NCBI RefSeq assembly: GCF_006345805.1
Contig: NW_021833458.1
Coordinates: forward strand, 1 to 64,000
Source: Octopus sinensis
Lineage: Eukaryota
Length of the DNA: 64,000 bases
Reading direction: 5' to 3'
Shown: positions 26,331 through 39,644 of the stretch, piece by piece
Position numbering within the stretch: the stretch's first letter is position 1
Layout of the letters: every line of letters begins with the position of its first letter
Notes under the pieces: generated by a model
The model's database searches: none
Seen by the model: the letters and a program-made list of their open reading frames with translations, nothing else
Told to the model about the DNA's origin: nothing
Made by a program: the position numbers and the translations under genes

Positions 26331-26914
26331 TATATATTTATATATTTATTTGGTTATTTTTATAATACTATTTGTATTTTTCCATTATTTTTCTACTATC
26401 TATCTCTCTCTGTATATAACTTCAGTGTTTTTTTCCAAATTCTTCCTCTTACACAGTACACGTCACTATTTTTTTCCTGTAAATTAATACAACCATCATA
26501 TGCATATCTAAATGTAAGCAATATCGTAATTTTATTCAAGCGTTTCATTTCTATTTCAAAACCATTTAAAATCCAGTTTTAGCATATACGTTATAATAAA
26601 CACTTTAGTTGTTTCGAAAAGCGGTAATGCGAAACCGTGAGCAAGATACGGTATAAATGACAGTTGCATTTTTCTGTTATTACACATACACACACACATA
26701 TATATATACATACATGCGTGTATGTTTTTTTTTTTGTCAGTGTGTGTAAATAATATTAGCAACAGACGAAATATTGTGTAACACTATCCGTACTGTATTT
26801 ATAAATAGACGCGTAAGCCTGTCAACACGTTTCTTCGCAATTCGATAGATAAACGTTACAGTTGATGTTTACATATAGCACTTCTATTGCTCAAATCGGA
26901 CATAGACGTAAAAC

Positions 26915-26965
<51 letters not shown>

Positions 26966-27354
26966 TAGAGATAGAGGGAGGGAGAGAGACAGAGAGACAG
27001 AGAGACACAGAGAGAGAGAGACAGTATGTGTGTGTTTCTGCGACTATCGATATATGCGGCTTGTCTAGAATGGGTGACGTATGTACGAGTTATTAATATT
27101 CTTCTCTAGAAGTTCTTTTTCTTTTTTGTCGCCAATACGAATGAAAAGATTAAAAAGTTATTGAGACCTAACATGATAAAACAATAAGTCATATTAAAGA
27201 TATTTTGAAAACACGCTTAGAACGCGCAGACACTCGACTTGGATACATAAACACAAATACAAACGCATTCACACAGATATTTATATACAGATGTACGTAT
27301 GCTTGAGTATATAAATATGTATGCGTGTACACAGACATACCTACACACACATAT

Positions 27355-27584
27355 ACTCTTTTATTCTTTATTTGTTTCAGTCATTTGACTGTGGCCATGC
27401 CTTTAGTCGATAAGCACCGCCTTTAGTCGATCAAATCGACCCCAGGACTTACTCTTTGGAAGCCTAATACTTATTGTATCGGTCTCTCTTGCCGAACCGC
27501 TAAGTGACGGGTACGTAAACACACCACCATCGGTTGTCAAGCGATTTTGGGGGTACAAAACAGACACACAAACGTATACACACG

Positions 27585-27637
<53 letters not shown>

Positions 27638-27720
27638 GACGGGCTTCTTTCAGTTTCTGTCAACAAAATTCTCTCACAAGGCCTTGGTGCGCCCGAAGCT
27701 ATAGTAGAAGACACTTGCCC
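27355..27720 (-). mobile_element. SINE family B (5' truncated)
   Basis: Consensus match with internal (TA)n(TG)n linker. Confidence 0.9.
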
Positions 27721-27734
27721 ATGGTGGGGAATTT

Positions 27735-27800
27735 CTACGCCTTTGAAACCGGGAAAGCGGACCCATGAACCTGGCTAGGCTTTAAAAGGGCGAATTTATT
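27735..27800 (+). mobile_element. SINE family C 3' fragment
   Basis: gaaaccggg..ggacccatgaacctggctaggctttaaaaggg. Confidence 0.7.
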
Positions 27801-28340
27801 TTTATATATTTATATGTGTATGTACTAATACATATGAATGTGTGTCTGTGAATGTGGGTATGGGTGTGTGTATAATACGCACACACATGTATACTGGATG
27901 GGCAGGTATATGGATGGACATTTCAGTATATAAATCAAGAGAAACCTACATTAAGAAATCTTATCTTTTAACATTTTTTCCCTCTGGTGTATTATCGACT
28001 TTAATATTACTGATGATTAGAATCTATAAGCCTAAAATAAAATATGAGGTAGTCCTTGTGAGTTTACACACCAGCTACAGTCGTTAATGTGAAACCAGGT
28101 ATTTCAGAGGACGCTCTTATCCGTGTTCAGGTTTAGGGAAGATCCGGTGTTGATCTGGCAACTCGAATCGAAAGAAAGACTGCAGATCCAGAAAATCATC
28201 AATGGGGGTTCTAAAGGATTGTTAAGGATCCTTCCTGGAACCTTTCACGCAGCAGAATTCGCTGTGAGACATCCTCGCACCAAAAGACCGCTTAATCATC
28301 CTATATTATGACGGAGGCACAGTACATATCGGACAATACT

Positions 28341-28883
28341 TATTTCTTTACTACCCACAAGGGGCTAAACACAGAGGGGACAAAGAAGGACAGACAAACG
28401 GATTAAGTCGATTATATGGCATAGTCGGGCATATGGCATAGTGGTTAAGAGAGCAGGCTACTAACCTCAAGGTTCAGAGTTCAATTCTGTTCGGTAACAT
28501 GAACAACAACAACAACAATAGAGAATTGAAAAATCAATCAATCATCATATCGACCCCACTGCGTAACTGGTACTTATTTAATCGACCCCGAAAGGATGAA
28601 AGGCAAAGTCAACTCGGCGAATTTGAACTCAGAACGGGACGGCAGACGAAATACCTATTTCTTTACTACCCACAAGGGGCTAACACAGAGAGAACAAACA
28701 AGGACAGACAACGGATTAAGTCGATTATATCGACCCCCTGCGTAACTGTACTTATTTAATCGACCCCGAAAGGATGAAAGGCAATCGACCTCGCGGAATT
28801 TGAACTCAGAACGGAACGGCAGACGAAAATACGCGCTAAGCATTTCGCCCGGCGTGCTAACGATTTGCCAGCTCGCCGCCGTT
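28341..28883 (-). mobile_element. SINE family A dimer flanked by a 16-bp TSD
   Basis: catatcggacaatact at 28325-28340 and 28884-28899; unit junction at 28655/28656. Confidence 0.9.
28418..28546 (+). mobile_element. Short tRNA-derived SINE family D nested in the A dimer
   Basis: ggcatagtggttaagagagcaggctactaacc..gagttcaattc with (AAC)n tail and atat on both sides; the same head occurs on the minus strand at ~3410-3463. Confidence 0.75.
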
Positions 28884-30304
28884 CATATCGGACAATACTG
28901 TAGTGAACATGAGAAACATATGACAATGATCATATTGCAGACTCCTAGATCACGTGATTTAAATGTGGTGACATAATAAGTCGGGAGCGCCGTCCAAGAG
29001 AGACCCGTGTTAAAAACAAACAAGGAGGCGCATCTACGGTATGACTCGTAGGCGTCCAGTTGCGTCTGTGGTAGAATCGGTAACGTCATTTGGGTTGCCG
29101 GCGGTTTCGGTGGATGGCTTATCTTTCGTTATGACTATCTTGTTCAATATGTGTGCCAAATCTCTTTCAGCAGCATGTTTTATTTTCGTTTTTTGTGTGT
29201 TTGTTTTAGTTTGTTTTGTTCGTTCTCGTTTGCCTGGCGCACCCTGATATGCTTGCATGTGGTTGAATGCACGCGTGTGGATTTAAGCATACATACAGAC
29301 ATATATGCGGGTGAAATGTGATATTTATAAAAATTTGTCACTTAAGTGCACACGCACACACACACACACACACACATAGGGAGAAAGATAGCTAGATAAA
29401 GAGAGAAAGGGTGAAAGAAAGAGAGAGAAAGAGGTTAAAGAGATAGAGAAAGGGAGAGAGAGAAAAAGAGCGGATGACGTTTTATTTCCAGCGTAAACTC
29501 GGGAGCTGCCACGTAGATAATATCGATGCATTTGAAAAACTTTTAAGGAAATTGAACTTTTAATCCAGGCCGTGCAGCGTTGCTGTATATCGTCTTCCAT
29601 TATTACCACATTGAAATTTGTTCACAAATATATGTGCTCAAACATTGATCAGAACCGAGAGGCCTCACCCAGGTAACAATATATGCCAATACGTAATATA
29701 TTGGCGTACCATCGGCAGCTAAACCTAAACCCCTCCAAAATTACTTCATACAGTAATTTTTGGACAGAGTGAATCCAAAAACTATCAAAACAAGGATATT
29801 CTAAAAGTAGCTGAATAAGAGTTCCTTGTATGGAAATTTGAAAGCGAATATATAAAGGGCAATTTTGCTCGAGGCCTTCATGCTTATATTATCTGACAGC
29901 TCATCTGATTTTGTCTACCGCCATTCTAACGGCTTCAAATTTTTGAAGCGCAACATTACAGTGCACATATAATTAAACTGCAGGAGTTTTTCGCAATATT
30001 TTGCTTTTATACCGCAAAAATTAAGATTCGGATATACAAGAATGACGAATAGACAACACGAATTTTGTTATGGCGACTTGGCAACGCGTCAGTCATAAAA
30101 AATGCCGACACTTACATAGATACATAGATACCATGATATTCACAATACTGCAAATATCGCATAAGAGATATCAGCTGTAAATTTTCGATATTCTGGGAAC
30201 TTAAGTCTTAGTTGAGGTGTCTCAATATCCATTAAGTAAAGCAGGGTACTTGGTGAAAAGTTTCTATTGAATATTACCAGAGTACCTCACAAGAAGGTGG
30301 TACA

Positions 30305-30722
30305 TACTCTTAACTCTTTTACTTGTTTCAGTCATTTGACTGCGGCCATGCTGGAGCACCGTCTTTAGTCGAGCAAATCGATCCCATGGCATATTCTTTG
30401 TAAGCCTAGTACTTATTCTAACGGTGTCTTTTGCCGAACCGCTAAGTGACGGGGACGTAAACACACCAGCATCGGTTGTCAAGCGATGTTGAGGGACAGA
30501 CACAGACACACAAACATATACGTACACACACACACGCATACATATATATACATATATACACCGGGCTTCTTTCAGTTTCCGTCTACCAAATCCACTCACA
30601 AGGCATTGGTCGGACCGGGGATAAAGTTGAAGAAACTTGACCAAGGTGCCACGCAGTGAGACTGAACCCGGAACCATGTGGTTGGTAAGCAAGCTACTTA
30701 CTACACAGCCACTCCTGCGCCT
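30305..30722 (-). mobile_element. SINE family B, full length
   Basis: Head ggcgcaggagtggctgtgtagtaag through tail aaacaagtaaaagag. Confidence 0.95.
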
Positions 30723-31044
30723 ATGTCACAAATTTTAGTGGGAAACTGGGTGCATATTATGAAACGACTGAATGTGTGTGCGTGCATGTATAAAACTATA
30801 CATACGCACCCCCATATACTCACACGTGAACATATAACACACACCCCATCCCTGTTTTCCCCACTCTCACATCCTCCCACCTCCAAACATAATCACACCA
30901 CAGCACACACCAGTACACCATACACCACCATACTACTACACAACACCACACCACATCACATGACACCACCACGCACACACTATCACTGACCACTTCCTAA
31001 CCCCACATCCTCCCACATACACAGACACACACACACACACACAT

Positions 31045-31081
<37 letters not shown>

Positions 31082-32133
31082 GATGCAGGCCTGGCTGCTG
31101 GGGGTATTTTCTCCCCTTCGTAAATATATAAGGACACAGGAAAAAAAATGTGTCGAAGCCATCAGGAAGCGTCGATACTTCCTAGGGCTAAACAGCGGTG
31201 GTGTAATCCCCTACTGTCACGTTAAATTGACAGTGTACAACTATTCTATCGCCCCATCACCGTACATATCTCTATGAGATATTTAGAAATTTAATATTTC
31301 TGATATATATATATATATATATTTGCATTCCTGCACAAAGGCATGCATACGTACTTGCATATATTGTACATATATACATTCACAGTCCAACAAACAATAC
31401 ACATAGGTAGGGGAACATTTAGTCATTCAAAAGTGCACAACTGTTTAATTTGTCTTAATCATTCATTATTTATAGTGACAGATTTTGTTGCATTCTCAAC
31501 GACCTGCCTACTGGTCTGCCAGTAAAGCTGTTCGCAAATTTAACAGAACTCAGGCCTCTTATAAATTAATTTTTCTACCTCGACCCTATTGGAAATTCAT
31601 TCCGGTCGTCCTAAATTAACCTATATAGCTGAGTGAAAAAAAATGTTTCTTAATAACTTAAGGCGGATATCCACTGCGCGATAGCCCTGTTTCAGAATAT
31701 TTGCCGTTAGGCTTTGAGTAACAATGATGTAGTGGGGTCATGAACAATATCTCAGAAGGCCTTTCGTGGTACTCTTAAATTTAGGAACATTACAGCACCC
31801 GTCGTGTATATATATAATTACATATAAGAGGAAGAAATTAATTTAGATGCATAACATATCATGAAAATTGTTATTGCTTACTTGAAAAATTGTTGCCATT
31901 TTGGGATTTGTTTTCCATGTTATGGATGTCCGTATTATCATTAGTAGTAGTATTGCTACCATTTTACCAATTCTTCATTTCTGACTGACTTTCTGTTAGA
32001 AATGAGATTTTCTTCCGCTCAATTTTATCGGTAACATAAATCAGCTTCCGCCATATTCACTCGAAGCTCAATTTGCAAGAAAATCACAATGCTGAACACT
32101 GCTTGTGATAGTTACCTCCTCTTTCTCTCTCTC

Positions 32134-32181
<48 letters not shown>

Positions 32182-32520
32182 GGGGGTATCGCAAAAGAAA
32201 TCTCTCCGTCATCCGATTATCCATCTCAAGCCGCTTATTCTAGATTTAGATTTAGTAGAGTTATAACTATCTTATTTCGTCTTTTGTATATATTCGGTGT
32301 TTCTTTTACATTTTTTGTTCTTCCCCAGTTGTTATACGGTGTTTGTATCTAACCATATATGTATGCATCTGTGTAAGTATATATGTATATATATGCTTAC
32401 ATAAATATGTGTTAGTGTTTATAAAAATATATATATACATACACATTTCAATATGTAATTATATAATTACACACACAAACACACACACACACACAAACAC
32501 ATACACATATATTTATAAAC

Positions 32521-33167
32521 TTTTACACTTTTTAGTCATTTGACTGTGGCCCTGCTGAAGCACCACTTTTAGTCTAAGAAATCGAACCCAAGACTTATTC
32601 TTTGTAAGCCAGGTACTTATTCTAGCGATCTCTTTTACCGAACCGCTAATTTTTGGGGACAGCAACACACCAACATCGGTTGTTAAACGATAGGGAAGGT
32701 GTGAGAAACACAGACACACAAACATATACATACATACATACATACATACATACATACATACATACATACATACATACATACATACATACATTATGGCTGC
32801 CCCTTCGTTATCAAGTATAGCCATTGCACGAAGCTTAACTGTTACTGGTGCTGTGATCGAATGTGACTTTTTAGCCCAGCTAAAGATCTACAATGTCTTG
32901 TACAAAATTGGCAACTAAAACCTTTACTGGTAATAGCCAGCTGTAGTTGTAACTGGGCTTCATGTACCTTTGCATGTCGTTTAAGTCCTCCTGCCGAATT
33001 ACACTCTCTTCCACATGCCCGACAGATATGATTAGTATGGTGTGTTACAACATCACCAGTGGCCAGGTTGTCACTTATCTGTCTCGTTTTATGACTACGA
33101 AGATGACACATGAGTCCAGCTTTACTGAGGCAGGGTCTTGCAATACATACATACATACATACATACA

Positions 33168-33203
<36 letters not shown>

Positions 33204-33376
33204 CGACGGGCTTTCAGTTTTCGCCTACGAAATCCACTCACAAGGGTTTGATTGGCACAAGGCTATAGTAGAAAACATTAGACCAAGATGCCACGCAGTG
33301 GGACTGAAACAGCAACGGTCTGTGTGTGTGTGTGTGGTGGGGGAGAAAGCTTCTTACCACTCAGCCACGCCTGCGC
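32521..33376 (-). mobile_element. SINE family B interrupted by an RTE fragment
   Basis: Tail 32521-32725 and head 33198-33376. Confidence 0.85.
32791..33143 (-). mobile_element. 3' end of an RTE-like LINE encoding three C2H2 zinc fingers
   Basis: Open frame ARPCLSKAGLMCHLRSH / CRACGRECNSAGGLKRHAKVH / CQFCTRHCRSLAGLKSHIRSQH*, short 3' UTR ending ggcagccataa, (GTAT)n on both sides. RTE assignment is from memory. Confidence 0.75.
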
Positions 33377-33604
33377 TTAGCTTCTTACCACACGGACATG
33401 AAATTAAACAACAAAACCAGCGTGAAATTTGTAGGACATTTATTAAGAGATAGGTGGTCCTCTGGATACCAAAGCATCTTATATATATATATATATATAT
33501 ATATGCATTTATATACAAACATTTGCATATATCTATACTTACATGCATACATATCTGTGTAGAGATATGTGTATGTTTATATAAAATATAGGAGTATAAA
33601 AAAA

Positions 33605-33741
33605 GGCGGCGAGCTGCAGAAACGTTAGCACGCCGGGCGAAATACTTAGCAGTATTTCGTCTGCCGTTACGTTCTGAGTTCAAATTCTGCCGAGGTCGAC
33701 TTTGCCATTCATGCTTTCGGGGTCGATAAATTAAGTACCAG
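33605..33741 (+). mobile_element. SINE family A, 5' part
   Basis: Head through taagtaccag. Confidence 0.9.
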
Positions 33742-33743
33742 CT

Positions 33744-33798
<55 letters not shown>

Positions 33799-34280
33799 CG
33801 TATGTGTGTGTATGTGTGTATATGTATGTATGTATATATACACATACACAGACACAAACACACACACAAGCATGCTCACATACATGCATATACATATATG
33901 TGAGTGTGCGTGTGTGTGTGCGCGTGTGTATGTATATGTATGAATAACCTGCTGAAGGAGATATCTTAAAGGGGCTACAGTATCATAATCGACAGTTCTA
34001 GAGAACACTCACATCAAAGTGGTGATAAACTCTACTGTATATATATATAGAGAGAGAGAAATTCAGGGTGAGTACTTGATAATTATAAGCACCTGTATAT
34101 ACCGTTTGGTGGTGTAGGTGGTGGGGTAAATTAATCAAAATAAAAACATGATGCCAAGGATTCAGCGGTACATATGCTTCGGGCCTTTATTAGACGGATT
34201 TATAACAATGCATAATGTGTGTCTATGGCCTTCTTCATCGGTAACATATATATATATTATATATATATATATATGCATAT

Positions 34281-34354
<74 letters not shown>

Positions 34355-34924
34355 TATATAATATATATATATATGAATTTAAACAAAAATTAAAATAACC
34401 GCCTTAAGGGATAGAAAATATCGAATAGATTTCTGCTTTGTTGCCTATTATATTGTTGTGAATAGTAGTATTTCTAAAATAATACGTTTAAGTATAAATC
34501 TTGGTTTATATATATTCATATTAAAATCCGCAAAATGGAGAAGTCGCGTTAATATAATTTATTAACTGCAAGAATCCAGCATGTTCACGTACAGCTGTTT
34601 TTAGTTTGCTGTAAGGAATTAAATTCTATTAATTAAAGCATTTTATTAGGCAAAATATCGCCTGAGCAGTATATTCTTCCAAAACATCACAGCAGCTGTT
34701 GAGAAATTTTGGAAGAATAACATGTAATGACCTAACGATATGTCGTTTCTTATTCCTCTGGCGAGAGTTTGTCCAGTAAAGTGCTTTAGTTAATAGTATT
34801 TAATTCCTTAGAGTAAAACTGAAACAGCTGTTCCTCAACATGTTGAATTTTTGCAGTTAACAAATTATATTAACCCTACTAACCATTTTCTGGATGTATA
34901 TATATATATATATATATAGTTAAT

Positions 34925-35135
34925 CCAAACAAGAAAACACAAAAAAACACAACAACGCGAGGACGTGGAACAAATATAGTATTATTGGACGCTCAGAAAA
35001 GAAGGGAAGAAGGAGGATTTAACGTTTCGAGCGGAGCTCTTCGTCGGAAACATAGGAGAAGGAAAGATCCAGAGAAGGGAAGACAGAGGGAAAAAAATCG
35101 CCAACGGTACACACGAGGTCACATTATATAACTGT
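34925..35135 (-). mobile_element. Penelope-like terminal repeat with hammerhead-like fold (35018-35050, core CCGACGA)
   Basis: UUU CCGACGA a GAGC-ucc-GCUC GAA ACGU U AAA; next to (TA)n. Confidence 0.65.
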
Positions 35136-35597
35136 AATGCGTGTATGGGAAATATATCTATATATATAAAACTCAACTTGTGTGTCTGTGTGTGTATCTG
35201 TGTGTGTCTCTGTGTGTTTAACTTCCCGGCACATCGCCTCCTAGCCAACAAATCGTAGAACCACCAAAAATGGATCACTTAAAGTTTAGGAGAATGAAAA
35301 TTGAACTGCGCTATTTCGTTCCGAAATTCATCTCGCAAGTGCAAAAATCGATAATGTGTTTGTTTAGGCCTTATCCCATGCATTGAAAAGTGAACTTTAC
35401 TCAGTCAGCTGTTTGACGTGAACTGTGTTCACCACGCGTGCAAGCATGCGTAAATTGCATGAAAAATAAACAATCAAGATATAGACACGAATCGCTGTAA
35501 ACATTGTAGAAATTCGGCAAAGAAATGAATTTTCGGGATGTAGCCTGGAGGGTTTTTTCCTATTAATCGTCTAGACTTTTTGAATACATACCAATTA

Positions 35598-35970
35598 TCT
35601 ATATATATAAAGCTGAAGTTGTCTGTGTATAGCAGGTTTGGTAGCCTTCAACTAGCACTATCTCCTCCGAGACCCTGCGGCGCAAGTTGACCAAAATTGA
35701 GAGTATGATACAAGAAGGCTTGCTCTTCCTTCCGTAGAAGAAAAAATTCAAATCGGACCATGTTAACACTAAAAATTATCTACATCAAAAAGGTGCTTTT
35801 TTTCTATGAAAATCCCTTCATTTTTTTTTACGATTTTTCTTTACTGTCGCCATTTTTCGTGTATTTCAACCAGAAAAATATTCGCTTAAAGAGAATAACA
35901 AGCTACATAATGCAACATTTTTACTTTTCAAAAATTCCAATTCTAAAGCAACGCCGATGGATACTGCTAG
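35598..35970 (+). mobile_element. Non-autonomous Helitron
   Basis: A^TC-TATATATATAAA start; 3' gcaacgccg..ggatactgCTAG^T shared with 1979-2480. Confidence 0.8.
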
Positions 35971-36116
35971 TATATATATTATATATATTTATATACAAAG
36001 ACAGAGAGGATACGAAGATGTAACACTCTTCTCTACTTACAATCAATAAGTATGTAAGTATGTAGTTCATATGAAACTAATACCAAGTAATTTGATTAAT
36101 ATCAGCAAATTCACTT

Positions 36117-36169
36117 AGCTTCGTGCAATGGACATACTCGATAACGATGGGGCTGCCATAATAATGTAT
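36117..36169 (+). mobile_element. Extreme 3' end of the same RTE-like family as 32791-33143
   Basis: agcttcgtgcaatgg.catact.gataacga.ggggc.gccata.aatgtatg. Confidence 0.75.
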
Positions 36170-36337
36170 GCACAAGTATATAATGTATATTTTGAATATT
36201 TGAAAATATTTATTTATCTTTTCATCGGGCACTGATATTCTGTTCGCAATCTAATGAAATATCATGCAACTTAAAGTTATTATACTAAATCAGCTACTTC
36301 ATTTGTTTCTACTATCTATTTGTATTATTTCCTCTGC

Positions 36338-36424
<87 letters not shown>

Positions 36425-36553
36425 AATATTCTATAATTATATACATAATTATTATTAGGGGTCAGCTAATTGCTTGACCGCGTACATATATACATACATA
36501 TATATACATATATATATACAAACATACACACCGATATGCTTGTATATATGGGA

Positions 36554-36618
36554 CCATGCTGATGAGGCTGCACTTTTCCTTGCGGAAAATAACAGCTGAA
36601 ACTAAATTTAGTACATGG
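36554..36618 (+). ncRNA. Canonical type I hammerhead ribozyme (predicted)
   Basis: Stem I CCAUG/CAUGG; core CUGAUGA (36559-36565); stem II GGCUG/CAGCU with inner UUUUCC/GGAAAA; GAA; stem III ACUAAAUUUAGU; cleavage triplet GUA (36611-36613). Confidence 0.8.
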
Positions 36619-36811
36619 GTAAATATTTATTCCGTATATTTTTCACTTTGGTTTTGTTGAGTTTGATCTGAGAACATAAACTTGTTGTGGAGAATGGCGA
36701 TTTGACGTCTATATCTAGCATGTTGACTGTCCATTTTTCGTGTGCAGTCCTTAATTGGTATGTATGTATATATATATATATATATATAATATATATATGT
36801 CTATATATACA

Positions 36812-36853
<42 letters not shown>

Positions 36854-36931
36854 GTTTTATATATATGTAATATATACATATATAATATACATGTACGTAT
36901 ATATATATACATATATGTATATATATAAAAC

Positions 36932-36963
<32 letters not shown>

Positions 36964-37272
36964 TAATATATACGGTACACAGAGTCTCCTTCACTTAATA
37001 ACGGTACCTACATAAGACTTGTGGCAGATTTTTAAACTTACAAACTTCGTCGTGAAGTATTTCCCTCTCTCGTATTATGCGATCACGAATCTTACTAATA
37101 CTTCAACATTGTAACCTTACAATAAATCCTCCAATATCTTTTACACATCTTTGATGATTATAATTCGGAATAAGCTTTGGAGATGATCTGAGTATTGACC
37201 TATTTTGCGATAATATTTCACAAACATTGTAATATTTCTTCTATGCAGAATTAATAAAAAAAAAATTATTAT

Positions 37273-37682
37273 GGGCGCAAGAGTGGCTGTGTGGTAAGTA
37301 GCTTGCTAACCAACCACATGGTTCCGGGTTCAGTCCCACTGCGTGGCATCTTGGGCAAGTGTCTTCTGCTATAGCCCCGGGCCGACCAATGCCTTGTGAG
37401 TGGATTTGGTAGACGGAAACTGAAAGAAGCCTGTCGTATATATGTGTATATATATATAAGTGTGTGTGTGTATATGTTTGTCCCCCTAGCATTGCTTGAC
37501 AACCGATGCTGGTGTGTTTACGTCCCCGTCACTTAGCGGTTCGGCAAAAAGAGACCGATAGAATAAGTACTGGGCTTACAAAGAATAAATCCTGGGGTCG
37601 TGTTGCTCGACTAAAGGCGGTGCTCCAGCATGGCGGCAGTCAAATGACTGAAACAAGTAAAAGAGTAAAAGAGTAAAGAGTA
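37273..37682 (+). mobile_element. SINE family B, full length, young
   Basis: tRNA-like head, core, (TA)n(TG)n linker, tail (gtaaaaga)n. Confidence 0.95.
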
Positions 37683-37946
37683 ATAATCTTAACAGCTTGA
37701 AAATTACTTTTATTCATTTATTTGTTTCGATCATTGGAATGCAGCCATGCAGTGGCAGTGTATCGTAAGTTGTTTTTGTTAGTCGATCAAATAGAATTCA
37801 GCAGTTAAGTTTTAATCCCATGTATGTTTCGTTTTAGTTTATTAGTCTGGAGGGCTCGGTTAAGAAACACACAAGAAGCCAGCAAGCCAACACCTGCTAG
37901 CAGACTACGAGATACAAACAGAAATACGCTTCAGCAGAATTTCATA

Positions 37947-38373
37947 TACTCTTTTACTCTTTTATTCTTTTACTTGTTTCAGTCATTTGACTGCGGCCAT
38001 GCTGGAGCACCGCCTTTTAGTCGAGCAAATCGACCCCGGGACTCATTCTTTGTAAGCCCAGTACTTATTCTATCGGTCTCTTTTGTCGAACCGCTAATTG
38101 ACGGCGACGTAAACACACCAGCATCGGTTGTCAAGCAATGCTAGGGGGACAAACACAGACACACAAACATATACACACACACTTATATATTATATATATA
38201 TACACATATATACGACAGGCTTTTTTCAGTTTCCGTCTACCAAATCCACTCACAAGGCATTGGTCGGCCCGAGGCTATAGCAGAAGACACTTGCCCAAGA
38301 TGCCACGCAGTGGGACTGAACCCGGAACCATGTGGTTGGTTAGCAAGCTACTTACTACACAGCCACTCCAGCG
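37947..38373 (-). mobile_element. SINE family B, full length, inverted relative to 37273-37682
   Basis: Near-identical reverse complement. Confidence 0.95.
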
Positions 38374-38644
38374 TGTGTGTGTATTTATATATGGGTAGCG
38401 GACTCGCGGTCGTAGGATCACAGGCCGGGAATATATATCATTCAACTACAGCCTGGAAAAAAAACAGGGGTTACATAGAAAAAATGCAAGTAAGGGAAAT
38501 AATATTTTTAATGCCGCAATTTACTCACTCACAAAACAATCATACAGAGATTGTCATTAATTCAGTTCTGAACCAAACTGAAAACTGTTAACATCTTTGA
38601 AGAGACTGGCCCCTACTTACATTTTGGAATTAAAAATTGAGACT

Positions 38645-38914
38645 TATAAATACAGTGTACATTTAAATACATAAGAGAGGGCCATCACTGGACTACCCGC
38701 ACGCTAGAGAGGACACTTAAATTCCAAACTACATTTAGGGATAAAATATCGAAGAGAATTAAAAATAAAAGGAGTTAGATGGTAAATGTTTTTATTTTCC
38801 ATTCCCTTCGATATTTTATCCCTAATAGTGGTTTGGAATTTAACTGTCCCGCTAGCGTGCAGGTAGTCCTATGGTGGCTACCACTGATGAGTTTAAATGT
38901 ACACTATATTTATA
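38645..38914. mobile_element. Foldback element with ~115-bp arms (38645-38759, 38801-38914)
   Basis: tataaat.cagtgtacatttaaa...ggactacc.gcacgctag...ttagggataaaatatcgaag and its reverse complement, about 80% identical. Confidence 0.8.
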
Positions 38915-39025
38915 TCTATTTATATGTATATATGTATGTAAAGATATATATAGGGGGAGAATTCACAAAAATGAAAGATATATTTATGTATAAATATATA
39001 TATATATGCATATATATATATACAC

Positions 39026-39103
<78 letters not shown>

Positions 39104-39276
39104 ACATACTATAATTCCAAGCACAAAAGGAGAGGGCGTAGAAAAGTAGGAGAAACAATTTAGTAAGATTGAAGATAACTAATGGGAGGTCATTTTGAAT
39201 ATAGGCTGGAACATTTAACTATGTAAGCAGTAAATAGATAAATAAACAGATATCTATCTATCTATTTATCTATATC

Positions 39277-39316
<40 letters not shown>

Positions 39317-39352
39317 TGCATATATATGTATATATATATATATGCATGTATA

Positions 39353-39430
<78 letters not shown>

Positions 39431-39644
39431 TATGTGTATATATACATGTACAAAATATGGGCATTTAGTTCACAGGTGATCTAAACGATTAGGTACGCTA
39501 GGTAAGTGCTGTAACGGAATACTAGGGCTACAAGGTTTCAGATTTCCGATATAGCGGATACATAATTCTTATAGAAGGAACATTAAGGCAAGGCAAACCT
39601 CTCATGTCGTATACATTATTATTTTTTTTATTATTATTATTATG

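Noticed and set aside
28560-28880. Cluster of single-base deletions in the SINE-A dimer as a novel subfamily
   Set aside because: Losses fall in homopolymers and doublets, typical of unpolished long-read error; this also cautions against trusting single-base details elsewhere.
34165-34241. Fourth CCGAUGA hammerhead-like fold (minus strand)
   Set aside because: GAAA reads GAAG and stem I does not pair; kept only as weak support for the U4C finding.
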